Shown here: piece by piece, positions 48,532 through 60,610 of the stretch
Layout: the number at the start of each line of letters is the position of its first letter
Numbering within the stretch: the first letter of the stretch is position 1
Assembly: GCF_009914755.1 (NCBI RefSeq)
Contig: NC_060947.1
Source of the DNA: the human T2T-CHM13v2.0 reference genome, Homo sapiens
DNA: 64,000 nt
Reading direction: 5' to 3' (one strand)
The notes under the pieces: model-generated
The model's input: only the letters and a program-made list of their open reading frames with translations
The model's database searches: none
Told to the model about the DNA's origin: nothing
Position numbers and translations under genes: made by a program

Positions 48532-49829
48532 GTAAGTGTGTGTCATTCCTTCCATGTCGTGTAGCTCCACTGTGTATCCCAGCCATCCTCATTCCAGTGT
48601 TGCACAGCTGCCATTGCTGCTCAGAGGCTGGTGCTTCTTTTAGCCATGTACACTTTGAGATCCTAGAAATGCTGTGGCCAGTTCATTCTCCTTATGGGTT
48701 GGGGTTCACCCCATGGATTAAAGGAGAGTATAAGCCCTATAGTGCTGGCCGGGACCTGACTTAAAAGCATCCCTGGCACTGGGAAGGGTAAACTGCCAAA
48801 GAGTAAATCCCTGCCATGGGTACTGTGGGCCATAGGTGCTGCCAGGTTTATAGATTTGCTCAGAGACCAAAAGAAAAATGGCTCCTCTAGGACACTGCCC
48901 TAAATCTGCCTTTCCAGGTCATTAGGACCTCTTTGCCTTTGGGGCCAGTTAAAGGATGAGGTAATTGCCAAGTTCTCCTTGGGAGATCCTGTGACCAGAC
49001 CAGAGAAACCGTAATTCAAACCTCATGAACTTTGGGAGCACTGGTTTTTCAGGAGCTATGGTGGCTAGAAGCCTTGTAAAATCTGCCCAGGAATATTAGG
49101 CTCAGAAGAAGCCTTTTAGCAAGCATTGTGTGCCTTGATGCAAATATCACTGTTTTCCCTGGGACTGCCATCAGCCACTTTGGGACCTCCAGGCACCCAG
49201 CACCGAGTGGCTTGACGACTGTTTTAGGAAAACCTCAACATTGCTAGGCTCGACATGGGGCTCCACCAGGAAGACACAGCAGGTTCAGCATTGCTCTTAA
49301 AGGGCACTGGGGACCTTAGCAGAGCCATGTGCCACTTTTCTGGATGCTGCTTCCAATGCAGGAGGTGGGTTGGTAGACCTTTAAAAGGGCAAAGTTAGGC
49401 TGCTTGGGGACCTGGGTGTGTGCCCTGACTCCCCTGCATGTTGATGAAGGGGACTCGGGCAAGCATCTCAACCAGTCAAAGTGTCCCTGTCATTCTTACC
49501 AGAGCAAGGGGGCTACTGCACACAGCTGACTTGTTACCTACAAGAAGAGTTCCTCACAAATTGGGGTGGTTTGGGGTGGAGGCTTCATGGCTTCTGGGCC
49601 TTGGCCCTTTGCCCAGTGATATTTCACTGAACAAGAGAACTGCTGACTCCTGTCTCAGAGCCAGTGAAGGGTTTCATGTGCTTTCTCACCAGCAGAAAAC
49701 AGAAAGGATCACAGGTGGTGGCAAGGACCACCTGATAAGGCTGTGTCCTGGCAGGGGAGGGGTACGGGGAGTATTGTACAGAAGGAGGCAGATCATATGG
49801 TGCTAACCTATCTCTCTTTTTTGTTGCAG

Positions 49830-49880
49830 AAGGACAAGAGGATGCTATTTTGTCATATGAGCCAGTGACACGGCAAGAAA
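49830..49880 (+). CDS. DLG3: DLG3 exon 14 (KGQEDAILSYEPVTRQE)
   Basis: ttgcag|AA ... AAA|gtaagc; 51 nt. Confidence 0.95.
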
Positions 49881-50481
49881 GTAAGCCTCCTCTGAGAGCC
49901 TTGTCTTCGTGCTGGTCTCCTGGTCGTGGGGCTCAATACAGTGGGTGGCTGTGGCAGCAGAGGGAGGGACCTGGAGGAGGAGGAAGGCTTGACGGCACAT
50001 CCAGCCCCTGGGCTCCTTCTTCTCTATGCTTCTTCCTAGTGTCATAGGGAAGGGGGTGCATCCAGTGTGCACTTCTCTCTGTGCCTTTGCCTGCTGCCAG
50101 GACACCTTCCAAAGGAGGGGGCAAATTTACAAGGAAAGTCTATTTCAGTAGATGTAGCCACTGCTAAAAGAGAGGTCCAGGTTCTTCCCTTCAGTGGCTG
50201 CTCTGCAAAAACCTTGCTCAGTTACTGGTGTCAGTGCAGAGATTTTTTCTGACTCTGTTAGAAGGGGAGCAGCTTCCGGTTTCAGACTTGCCTTGAACTT
50301 AGATATTCTCAAATTAAAGGCTCTTTGATGTCTTTCTGTTTAAAAGCCAGACAATGTCTGAGGATGCTTTACCCTGTCTGAGTCTCTGCTCCAGAGCCTC
50401 TGTGTTCTAGCCAGACTCAGGGGTAGGACAGGCTGTCTGGTGGGGGCCTCTGTTCACTGTCTCGATGCTCTCCCTCTCTAG

Positions 50482-50583
50482 TTCACTATGCAAGGCCTGT
50501 GATCATCCTGGGCCCAATGAAGGACCGAGTCAATGATGACCTGATCTCCGAATTTCCACATAAATTTGGATCCTGTGTGCCAC
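50482..50583 (+). CDS. DLG3: DLG3 exon 15 ([34 protein letters not shown]), GK
   Basis: ctctag|TT ... CAC|gtaaga; 102 nt. Confidence 0.96.
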
Positions 50584-51182
50584 GTAAGAGTCCAGGAAGG
50601 CCCAGAGGAGTGAGGCTTGGTGCCCTGGGAATTGTTGCTCTAATGTTTTATGGAAAAGGTCTGGGATCAGATTCTAGGGCTATTTGGGGACAGGGTACAT
50701 TTGACACGCTGGAAAACAGTAGGTGGCAATATATTCCCCAAAAGCTGATGGGGTTGGAGAGATTAAGCCATCAGGCTTGGCTGCTCACTCTTGAGGGGAA
50801 GTTTCAGTGGTGATGGTTGAGAATGATTGGACAAATACGGAGGCCCAGCCAAAGTGGTGTTGATGTGACTCCATTAACAGTTTGTTAGGTTCACTGTCTC
50901 CTCTACCAAGTTTGGCACCCTCTGCCATGCTTTAGCTCAGGAAACCCCACCTTTCTAGTCCAGTTTAAGCTAAAGCAAATAGCCCCCTGTGTGAGACCTG
51001 GAGATTGGAAGAGAAGTAGGCCAGACAAACTGCTTCCCAACTGCTTGTTTTCTCCCACTTACTTGAAAAAAAAAATGGAGTGGCCCAGTGACCCACCCAG
51101 ATGAGAATGGACCAGTCAGTATTTTTTGGTTTGGGGCGGATCACTGCCCCTGGGCCACAAAGCATTTCCTTTCTTCCTTCAG

Positions 51183-51355
51183 ATACTACCCGGCCTCGAC
51201 GTGATAATGAGGTGGATGGACAAGACTACCACTTTGTGGTGTCCCGAGAACAAATGGAGAAAGATATTCAGGACAACAAGTTCATCGAGGCGGGCCAATT
51301 TAATGATAACCTCTATGGGACCAGCATCCAGTCAGTGCGGGCAGTTGCAGAGAGG
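51183..51355 (+). CDS. DLG3: DLG3 exon 16 ([58 protein letters not shown]), GK
   Basis: cttcag|AT ... AGG|gtaagt; 173 nt. Confidence 0.97.
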
Positions 51356-51776
51356 GTAAGTGTACAGGAGATGGCCTCAAAGGGGAGGCCAATGCTTATG
51401 CCAAGGTTCCACTTGGATCCTTATCCTTCCAACACAGGAGCTGCCCAACAGTGCTGCTGACCAAAGCCATAGCACATCTGCATACTCCCAGCGCCTTGAC
51501 GAAGCTATCTGTCTCCTTCATACAACTCACCCCAGAGCATTACCCAACAGGGAATAGGGGGCCCTGGACAGATGTGGCCTTTTCTGGGTAATAGGAGCAA
51601 AAAGTAGGGCCTGTCTACTTCAGAGATCGAATTTCTTAGGCCACTTTGGGTGGCCCTCGTGCCCCTCCCCTCACCCCCACCCCCGGCCAAGGTGGATGTT
51701 TAGAATGTCACTGGATTTCTGCTTGGGACTTGGTGAATAGGGAGTGGCTGGGCTGTTACAATCTCTGCTTTTTCAG

Positions 51777-51886
51777 GGCAAGCACTGCATCTTAGATGTT
51801 TCCGGCAATGCTATCAAGAGACTGCAGCAAGCACAACTTTACCCCATTGCCATTTTCATCAAGCCCAAGTCCATTGAAGCCCTTAT
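51777..51886 (+). CDS. DLG3: DLG3 exon 17 ([37 protein letters not shown]), GK
   Basis: tttcag|GGC ... TAT|gtaagt; 110 nt. Confidence 0.97.
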
Positions 51887-52203
51887 GTAAGTGTTGAACT
51901 GAGAACTCAGACACACCAAGCTAAGATCGGGTCTGGAAGGGAAATGGAGAAGAAAGTGATTTGCTGGGCAGAAACTTGAAAGAAACTCTGTGCCCCAGCT
52001 CTGGTCACTGGGCGCTCCTGTTTTGAGGGCTTGTGCATATGTTCATGGTTGGACTTTTGAACGCAGGTTTGAGGAGTTAGCTACGGGCCACTGCTGCTCT
52101 GAGAGGGCAGCTTAGCAGATTTTTAGGGATCCTGGAATAATCCTTTATGGTTAATCAGAACATAAGATCTGGTTCAGAACTATTTTTCTTCTGTCTTTGG
52201 CAG

Positions 52204-52295
52204 GGAAATGAACCGAAGGCAGACATATGAACAAGCAAATAAGATCTATGACAAAGCCATGAAACTGGAGCAGGAATTTGGAGAGTACTTTACAG
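52204..52295 (+). CDS. DLG3: DLG3 exon 18 (EMNRRQTYEQANKIYDKAMKLEQEFGEYFT), GK
   Basis: tggcag|G ... CAG|gtaaga; 92 nt. Confidence 0.97.
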
Positions 52296-52705
52296 GTAAG
52301 ACTCCTGCTGCCCTGCGGGGGGTTCTGGGGAACTAGCCAGGTACCTGTTTCTATAAGTGTCTCAAAGAGGTGTAGACAGAATGTAGAAACCTTGCACGGA
52401 GTTTCCAGTTGCTTTTAAGTTTTTGAGCACAAACCTTTCCAAAGCACACAAGTTCCCCGTGTCCAGCCATAGCAGTTCAGCCAGTTTATAGCATAAACCA
52501 CTCACCAAATGCTTCCTTGAATTGTTGGTTTGTTCATTTTGTCTTGTCCTTACTAGATTGTAGGCTCCCTGTATTACTCTGTCTCCCTCCGTTTCAGCTC
52601 CACTCCCCCTCCCCCAGTACTTTGCTTTGCATGTTTAGGTGCTGAATAAACGTTTGTTGATGATGATGATTCCTCGGTGTGCTGTTCAAGTTGTCTGTTG
52701 GGGTG

Positions 52706-52711
52706 TCTGTC

Positions 52712-52762
<51 letters not shown>
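52706..52762. repeat. Compound (TCTG)3-(TG)~23 microsatellite in the last intron
   Basis: Direct reading. Confidence 0.97.
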
Positions 52763-52764
<2 letters not shown>

Positions 52765-53482
52765 GGTCAGTTCCTGAAACATTGGGAAGGTTTCTATGTA
52801 ATACGTTCTTCACCTTTTGAAGTACAGTGACATATATATACATAAATATATGCAAGGCAGTGCCGAATCCATTCTAGCTGGTGGTGACACTAGGTTAACT
52901 GTGTAAAGAATTCATAAATGTCCTCACACACCTTGGGTCTTCAGAGCTCCCTTTACCATCAGCATCCATGTCCTTGTTTGCTGGGCTGACCTCTGACATA
53001 CAGCAGATGTGATGGGCCCAGGAGCGCTGCCTCTTGCCAGAAATTGTGGCTTTCAGTTCTTTCTGTGGAGAACTGCGATTTTCCAAATCTTTTAGTAAGG
53101 CTGCTTTAGAATAACAAGCTGCTGGCCTTATGGCACCCAAGAACAACATGAACTGCAAGGTCTGGCACATAGTGGGTGCTCAATAAACATCTTTTGAATA
53201 AACACATTTTTCTGGTCATTACTACTTAGTCTCACTGTCTCAGTGAGTTGACTTCAAGCCCTGGACTTGGGGTACCTTGTTGGTTGCCCTTACTGCCCTG
53301 AACACACAGGCAGCCAGCCAGTGAACCCAAGCCCAAACCCATACTCCTGGGAACATGTCCTTCATGTGAGGGGTGAGGGGGTGGAGGGGGGACTTGTAGG
53401 ATTGTTGGGAGAGGCAGGATTGCTGGGTTTGGGGGATGTGCTATGGACCACAGTAATAATTTTGTTTTCCTCTTCACTTTAG

Positions 53483-53589
53483 CCATTGTACAGGGTGACT
53501 CACTGGAAGAGATTTATAACAAAATCAAACAAATCATTGAGGACCAGTCTGGGCACTACATTTGGGTCCCATCCCCTGAAAAACTCTGA
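53483..53589 (+). CDS. DLG3: DLG3 exon 19 coding part ([35 protein letters not shown])
   Basis: ctttag|CC; stop TGA at 53587-53589; typical DLG-family YIWVP C-terminus. Confidence 0.97.
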
Positions 53590-54072
53590 AGAATCCCCTC
53601 CAACCATTCTCTTGTGAACAGAAGAAATCAAGTCCCTCTTCCCTCCTCCCTCTTCATTCCTGTCCCCATGGGGAGAACAAATGCTACTGTTCTTGTCCCC
53701 TTTTTTAGATATGTCAAAAAAAATTAAGTTTTCTAGTCCTGTTCTTTTTTTTTTTTTAAGTTTTTGTTTGTTTCAGTTTATTTTTTGGGATGATGCCATC
53801 TCATTCATCATGTGACTGTGCCCATTCCTGCATGGACCTTTCCCAAGCGCTAGCACAGGTGCAAAATCCATCAGAGCCATTGTTTTCATAAAAACCAAGC
53901 AGAAGTGAAGAGAAAAGAGGAGGACTGATGGAAAGACAGACTCTGGACAGCTGCACGGCTTGTGAAGTGAGCTAAATGCACCACATGATGAGATGCTCCT
54001 GGGCATTTCTCCCTATCTGTACTGCTGTCTTGCAGCTCTGAACGGTGCAACGTAATGGCGACAGAAAGTATC

Positions 54073-54175
54073 TTATTTATATATAGATATATATATGTAA
54101 TTTATATAAAATATATAGAAATTATTATATATATATATTATACACTCTCATATAATATATATATATTCACACACA
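54073..54175. repeat. (TA)n-rich low-complexity tract in the 3' UTR
   Basis: ttatttatatatagatatatatatgtaatttatataaaatatatag...tatatatatattcacacac. Confidence 0.9.
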
Positions 54176-55665
54176 TTTGGGTTAGAAAATCTATGGAGAC
54201 TTCATCAATGGTACTATGTTATTAGAGAAATGCTTTAATTTTCATATTCCAATCAGATGGCATCTTCTATCCCAGCTGGTTGGGAAGGGATTGAAGATGG
54301 TAGCAAGTGCTGCACTAAGGGCACTCGCATTTGGTCATTCTCTTGAGAGCTAGGAGGGGTCAGCCTGAGGCCGGAGAGGAAGGGCTTTTGCCTGGGGTGA
54401 GAGGGTGAGAGACTTGACCTGAAAGCAGCTGCTGCCCCTGAGGTGCAGCCAGAGTCCTGTGTGCGGACAGAGAGAATGGCTAATGATGCTCCGCGTGGAA
54501 TTGCCTATTGTTTTATGCCACCTGATGTGTCTGCATGAGAGGTTTCCTTTTTGTTCCTTTTTAAGCTGCTGTTAAACCAAAACCATGTTGTGCTACTGTG
54601 TCAGCCTTTTCATTATTGCAAATTTTACTTTTACTATTTAAGTGAATGCATAGAATCCAATTTGCCAAGGTTCTAAAGGCTTATGAGGTCCTGAAGGAGC
54701 CAGGCCTTGTGATGGAGTAGGTGACACAGGCCTGGTTGTCCTGTCAGCAGAAGGGAAAGCAGGGGCTGGGCTGAGAGGAGGACACGGAGGGCTCTGCTGA
54801 GGTTCCTTCCTGGGTTCCACCAACAGGGACAGGGAGTCACTTGCCTTCCAGTTCTGTGCTGGGATGGCGGGACAGCACTTGGCTTGCTTGGCCAGCTGCG
54901 TCATGAGTTTGATTTGGTTTTTTTTTTTTTGCAGCTGCTTCATATGCTCTGCTCCAGCCCCTCCCCAACAGCTGGTAGCTTATGGTTTCTTCAAGAGGAA
55001 AGTAGACTTTATGCTGTACATTTGAGCTGTAGAGCTAAGATTCGCTTACTGGTGAGCTGTGAAACCTTGTTGCTTTTTCCCAGAGTCTGATGGCAGTGAC
55101 TGTGATCAAGGGAATCTTCACCGCCACAAGTGCAGGCAGCAGGTGTGGTTCAGGTCCCCCCCCACCCCACTGTGCTCCTTTGAAGCCAACGTGCCTCCCT
55201 CGCCTCCATACTGGAGGGACGACGCAGGGGAGAACAGAGAAGTGCTTGGCCCTAGGATTGAGGCACTTGTTTCCTAGCCCGCTGGGTTAGGGCTGGTGCA
55301 AGCGAGGCAATGTTGAGGATGCTTTAAGCACTACCAGCCGAATCCGGGAACTCTGTAAACAGTTGTCCAACCAGCAGAATGAGGCTAACTGTATAAAGCA
55401 TGGGACCCAGGATGAGGATAAGGAAAGGACAGCGGCTTTCCCTGGGCAGTACAATGGCTTGAAGGCAAAAAGGGATAAAGTGACAGCCGACTGTGACTCT
55501 GGTGAGGAGGGGTGAGCAGGGAGGTTGATTCTCTGATGTTAACTAAGTGGCAAAGTCTCAACCATGCTCAGCCCTCCCCCTCCCAGGGAAGAGAAACAAA
55601 GATTCAAAGTAAGCATGATACTAGTGGGTTTACCAGTGTTTCTTCCAAGGAGACATATATTTTTT

Positions 55666-55671
55666 AATAAA
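55666..55671 (+). terminator. Proximal poly(A) signal candidate
   Basis: AATAAA preceded by the U-rich atatattttt. Confidence 0.6.
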
Positions 55672-56781
55672 CGATAGTTGCAATGAACTGTGGCTCAGAG
55701 ACCTTCTTAAAGTAGTTGAGAAGGGAGGGCGTGGGCAAAGCAGTGGGAAGAACATCCCAAACTTTTGGGGGCCAGAGGGCTCTCTCCTTAGTGATGATCA
55801 GCTAGCCGAGCTGGGCCGTCCTGGGGATCGGTACAGCTCCCTGGGGTGGTGACAGGCCCTTTGTGAAAGTTGTGTGCTTGGTCTTCCACCCCAGCCCCAG
55901 ACACTGCTTCAAATAGCACCAACCAGATGGGAGTCCACATCTGTGGTGGCAAAATGCTGACATTTTCCCAAGAGGTACACAAGGTGGGAGAGGCCTGCTG
56001 TAGCAGAGGTGTGTGTTAGAGAAAGCAGGGGCCTGATTTAGTAGCAGAGAACTGGGTGAGAAAAATGGCCAGAGAAAGTGACCTGCCAGCTACCAGTGTT
56101 TCCGAAAATGAGGGTGGGATGGGCCCATTTGCAGAGCAGGACAGCAGTCATCCCCATAGCCCTCTGAGGAGGGGAGGGATGCTTAGAGCAGGCAGTTCTG
56201 TCAGTTCTGACGTGGCAGGTGCCATTGCAACTTGTGCGGAGGAGTCTTAGGAAGTGCTGTCATAATTCATAAGGTCAAGAGCAACATCTGGATGAATGAG
56301 CCACCTGAAATGTGTGTGGGCTGAGCCACAGGAAGGGTGAGTCCTCTTGCTTGTGGTGCTTTATGGTGTGCAGGTTGCTTGCTTTCCCACATTCTCTCAT
56401 TTGCTTGAAGGCAGCCTAACAAAAGGGAGTCCCCAAAGAGCTCCATGAGAGCTTAAGAAAATTCATCTCCTGAGGACAAAGAGAACAAAGATCTGTCCTG
56501 TGGTCACACTGTTGAGGCTCTGTCTTCACAGCTGATGTTCTCCTAGTGGAGGTACAGCTGAAGAACATTCAGCCCCAGCACGAGAAGATACAGAGCAACT
56601 TGGAAACCCCAAAGGGAGACACACCCTTAACACTGCCGTGCTGTGCTGTGCCGTGTCCTGAAGGAGGAGAGAGCCCTATCTCCTCCTGGTTTTGTTGCTG
56701 ACATTGCAGCTGATCATGCCTTGACTCCTTCATCTCTAACAGAGGAAGAACTGTATTATCAAACCTTATGGTCTACCCATG

Positions 56782-56791
56782 AATAAATAAA
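56782..56791 (+). terminator. Distal poly(A) signal (overlapping AATAAATAAA)
   Basis: Two overlapping AATAAA, upstream TGTA, downstream CA and ctttgtctt. Confidence 0.85.
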
Positions 56792-58094
56792 ATATTTGTT
56801 CAAGCACAAATGACCAGCTTTGTCTTAAGTCGAAAGTGCTTCTAGAAATCAGCTAATGAAAACAAAATCCTTACCTGCAGCAAGTGTGGAAGTCGAGTAG
56901 CTCAAGGGCGGAGCTAAGAAAGATGCAGAAGCAAGTGGGAGTTGAGCCGCAGGTTTGGGAGGAGCCTAGAGGGGAGGGGAAGTATCCTAAGCAGGCCAAG
57001 GCCAAGCAAAAAAGTGGGACTGAGAAGGGGTGCCAGCTCAAGCAGAAAAGCCAGCACTAAAGGCCAGTGGAGCCCTTTCTTCAGGGATAATCCTTGCTTA
57101 ATACCAACCACTGCAATTAGGTGAGAAAGTGTTGAGAGAGCTGGTAATTTTCTCAAGGCAAGCTGACGAATTAGCACTGAAGTCAAAAGCGATCCTGGAT
57201 GCCCGACAACCTCAACCTGGGCCTTGGAAGTGTTCATTCAGTCTCAGCATTCCCGAGTTTTGTATTTCATCCCTGTTCCCACCTAAGATTTCATGGCCTT
57301 GATTCCACTAGTCCTTTTATCCATCTCCAGCCATTTCCTTGGCACCTCTAGGACATTTTATCATCATTGCAAATAACACTCTGAAGCTCAGATTTGTTTC
57401 CTCAAAAGGTTCTTCCCCTGTCACTTCCAAGAAATAGTATTGGCTCCTGCATACCTCGGTTCCTCCCCAGTGAACAGGGTGTCGATACCTCATTGCTTTG
57501 CCAGAAAATAGCAAAGCTTCTTTAACAAGCCCCAGCTAGATTTTATCTGCAGAGCTGTTCCCATTGTGCACAATGTGATGCCCACTGGCTTCTTCCATGT
57601 TAGACCGAATGAACTACCCGTGTGGCCTTCCCTCCACCACCACTGGTAGTCTAAGCACACGTACCTAACACTTTGAAGAACTGGAAAGCGGGTGGTTTGA
57701 GAATGGGCTTCAGACCTGCGTTCTCCCAGTGAAGAGCATGTGTGAGAGGATACTCTGTTGTCTGGCCTTCCTGTCTGCCTATGGCCAGTCCTGCCCAGGC
57801 TGACAGAATCATCTGCCTCACATGCCCTACCCTTCCCATGGGTCCTGCCACCCACAGGGAGAAGTTGAAGTCCCAGCTCCTTAGCATAGCCCTTCCACCA
57901 TCAGGCCCCAGGCTTTCTCTCCTGTCTCTTCTGCTGTGCCCCCTTCTGTTCTACGCATTTGAGTTCCCTGAATGCACCACAGCCCTGGGTCTTGGCTCAT
58001 CCTTTTTCTGTATGCCCATAAATGCCCTTGCTGCTGCCCCATCTTGCTTAACCTGGAAGACTGTTTGAGAGACCGAGGGTAGGGGAGAGAGACA

Positions 58095-58382
58095 GAGAGA
58101 CAGGGTCTCATCTGTCACCCAGGCTGGAGTGCAGTGGTGTGATCATAGCTCACTGCAGCCTCTCTACCTCCCAGGCTCAAGTGATTCTCCCATCTCAGCC
58201 TCACGAGTAGCTGGGACCCCAGGCGTGTGCCACCAGGCCCAGCTAATTTTTGCATTTTCTGTAGAAACGGAGTTTCACCATGTTGCCCAGGCTCGTCTCC
58301 AACTCCTGGGCGCAAGCAATCCCCCTACTGTCTCACCTTCCCAAAGTGCTGGCATTACAGGCGTGAGCCACTGCGCCTGGCC
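58095..58382 (-). mobile_element. Alu (AluJ-like) within L2-like sequence (~57850-58550)
   Basis: Alu consensus; flanks have L2-like aagtcccagctccttagcatagcc and cccctctcagtgctcactttcctgaacc. Confidence 0.85.
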
Positions 58383-58634
58383 TCCTCTTAATATCTCGAG
58401 ACTCAATTCAAGAATTCCCCTCTCAGTGCTCACTTTCCTGAACCACCACCTCTTCTTCCCTTTCACCCTGTAGGTAGAATTGACCTTCCCACCCTGAGTG
58501 CTGTCTTATACCCTGTAAGGACTTTGGTCATCACTATAGCAGCTCATATTTATTTCCTGCTTGCTATGTGCTGTACGCATACTAATTCACCTGTTGCTCA
58601 AAACAGCCCTAGAAGGCAGGTACTCTTTACTCTT

Positions 58635-59001
<367 letters not shown>

Positions 59002-59879
59002 TAATAAGTAGCAGAGCTATGAGCCCAAAACAGGCTGTCTGGCTGTAGCAGCTGTGCTCTTCAGCACACCAGGCCCAGGCTGCATCTCACTTTGCTCTGC
59101 TTAGAACATTTTCTTGCCCCATCTCTTTGCATCTGTCTTCCTCTCCTAGACTCCTCGTTGAGAGCAGAGACTATGTCCTGTTCACCTTTATACCCCCCGC
59201 ACTTAGTACAGTATCTGGCACATAGTAGATGCTTGGTAAAAGAAAAGAGCTGCACTGGTCTTTGGCTCAAGCTTGGAGGGAAGTGATTTGACCAGGTCCA
59301 AACCTGTGGCGAGTGTGAATTATTTTGGTTTGTTTTATGGAGAGCTTCTTTTCTGAAGCCACTGCCGCTTCCTCTGGGATTTCACTCCATCATTATGACT
59401 CCTCTTTTTCATCTTCTTCATCCATTTCTGATCCTTTATTGCTCCTTCCCCTTCTTTTCACTCTACTGTCTTCTCACCCAGGGTTGAACCTTTTACCCGC
59501 TCTGCTCTCCTTTACTACCATCACTCGTTTATGCAACACAAGTTGATCAAGCATCTAGAAGCCCTCAAAGACCAGCCATTACCTTCCAAGCATGAAATTC
59601 CAAGACCCTAGACGGGAAAATGCCTTGCTCTCCCCGATGACTTCACTTCTCTCCCATCCTGCCCCACCCCTTCCATGGGCTCCTCCCACCTACAGCTCGG
59701 TTCCCTCTGCTCTCTTCCCCCACCCCTAAGTGCTGCCATTGCTCTAGTCACCCAGGTTTAAGCCCTGATCTCCCCACTCTGGTCATCATATCCGATCTCC
59801 TACCAAAATGTGTGGATTATTTGCAATGTCTTTTCAATCCAGTCCTTTGTTGTCATTATCACTGCCCCTACCCTTGTAG

Positions 59880-60610
59880 TGACAAGAGCTACTTCTTGGT
59901 GAGCACCTGCTGATAAGCATTGTGCGTGGTGCTGGAAAGACAATGGCAAATAAAGCCTGTTTTCAAGGGGCCCATCATCTAGTTGGGGGCGGGGGACAGC
60001 AAAGCAGGAAATGACTAAATACATAAGTACACATTTGAGTGAATGCCATGAAGGAAGTACATAGGATACAATGATAGAGGCTAATACTTAGAAAAGGTGC
60101 CCAGGGACAACTTCTCTGAGGAGATGAAATTCAGGTTGAAACCTGTGAGATAAGCAGGACCAGCCTGGTAGGGGAGGGGACGTGGGTGTTGGGGAGGGAA
60201 GTATTTCACACTCCACTGGCCCTAATCTGCTTGTCCAGCATTATCTCCTGATACTTCTCTACAAACCAATCTAGACTCTGAGTTTTTACCCATGAGCAAG
60301 ACCTCTGTCTGGAGTGTTTTCAGTCCCCATCTCTTATTTAATGAAACCCTTCAAGCTCCAGCTCAAATGTCACCTTCCATGATCATGTCACTGATCATGG
60401 CAGAGGAGCTTCCCCTTCCCTCCTTTTGAACCGCTCTAGCAGTTGGTACTGAACACACTCTGTTCTTGCATGGTAGCAATTTGTCAATAATACACTCTCC
60501 AACCAGTCAAAAAGCTTCTAGAACGCTGGGGTTGTATCTAGTGTATCTTTCTATCCCTCACAGCACATGCCTTGAACATGATTGATACTCGATAAATGAT
60601 TTGTGAATGA
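59880..60610. mobile_element. L2-like fragments in both orientations
   Basis: gagcacctgctg...ggtgctggaaagaca...cttctctgaggagatgaaatt (antisense); cagctcaaatgtcacctt...ataaatgatttgtgaatgaa (sense). Confidence 0.55.

Larger units (their letters stand above)
53590..56810 (+). other. DLG3: DLG3 3' UTR (~3.2 kb, no recognisable interspersed repeats)
   Basis: Runs from the stop codon to tandem AATAAA at 56782-56791. Confidence 0.85.

Noticed and set aside
48532-49829. Search for an equivalent of the DLG1 I4 insert exon
   Set aside because: No segment with suitable splice sites and peptide similarity was found by eye
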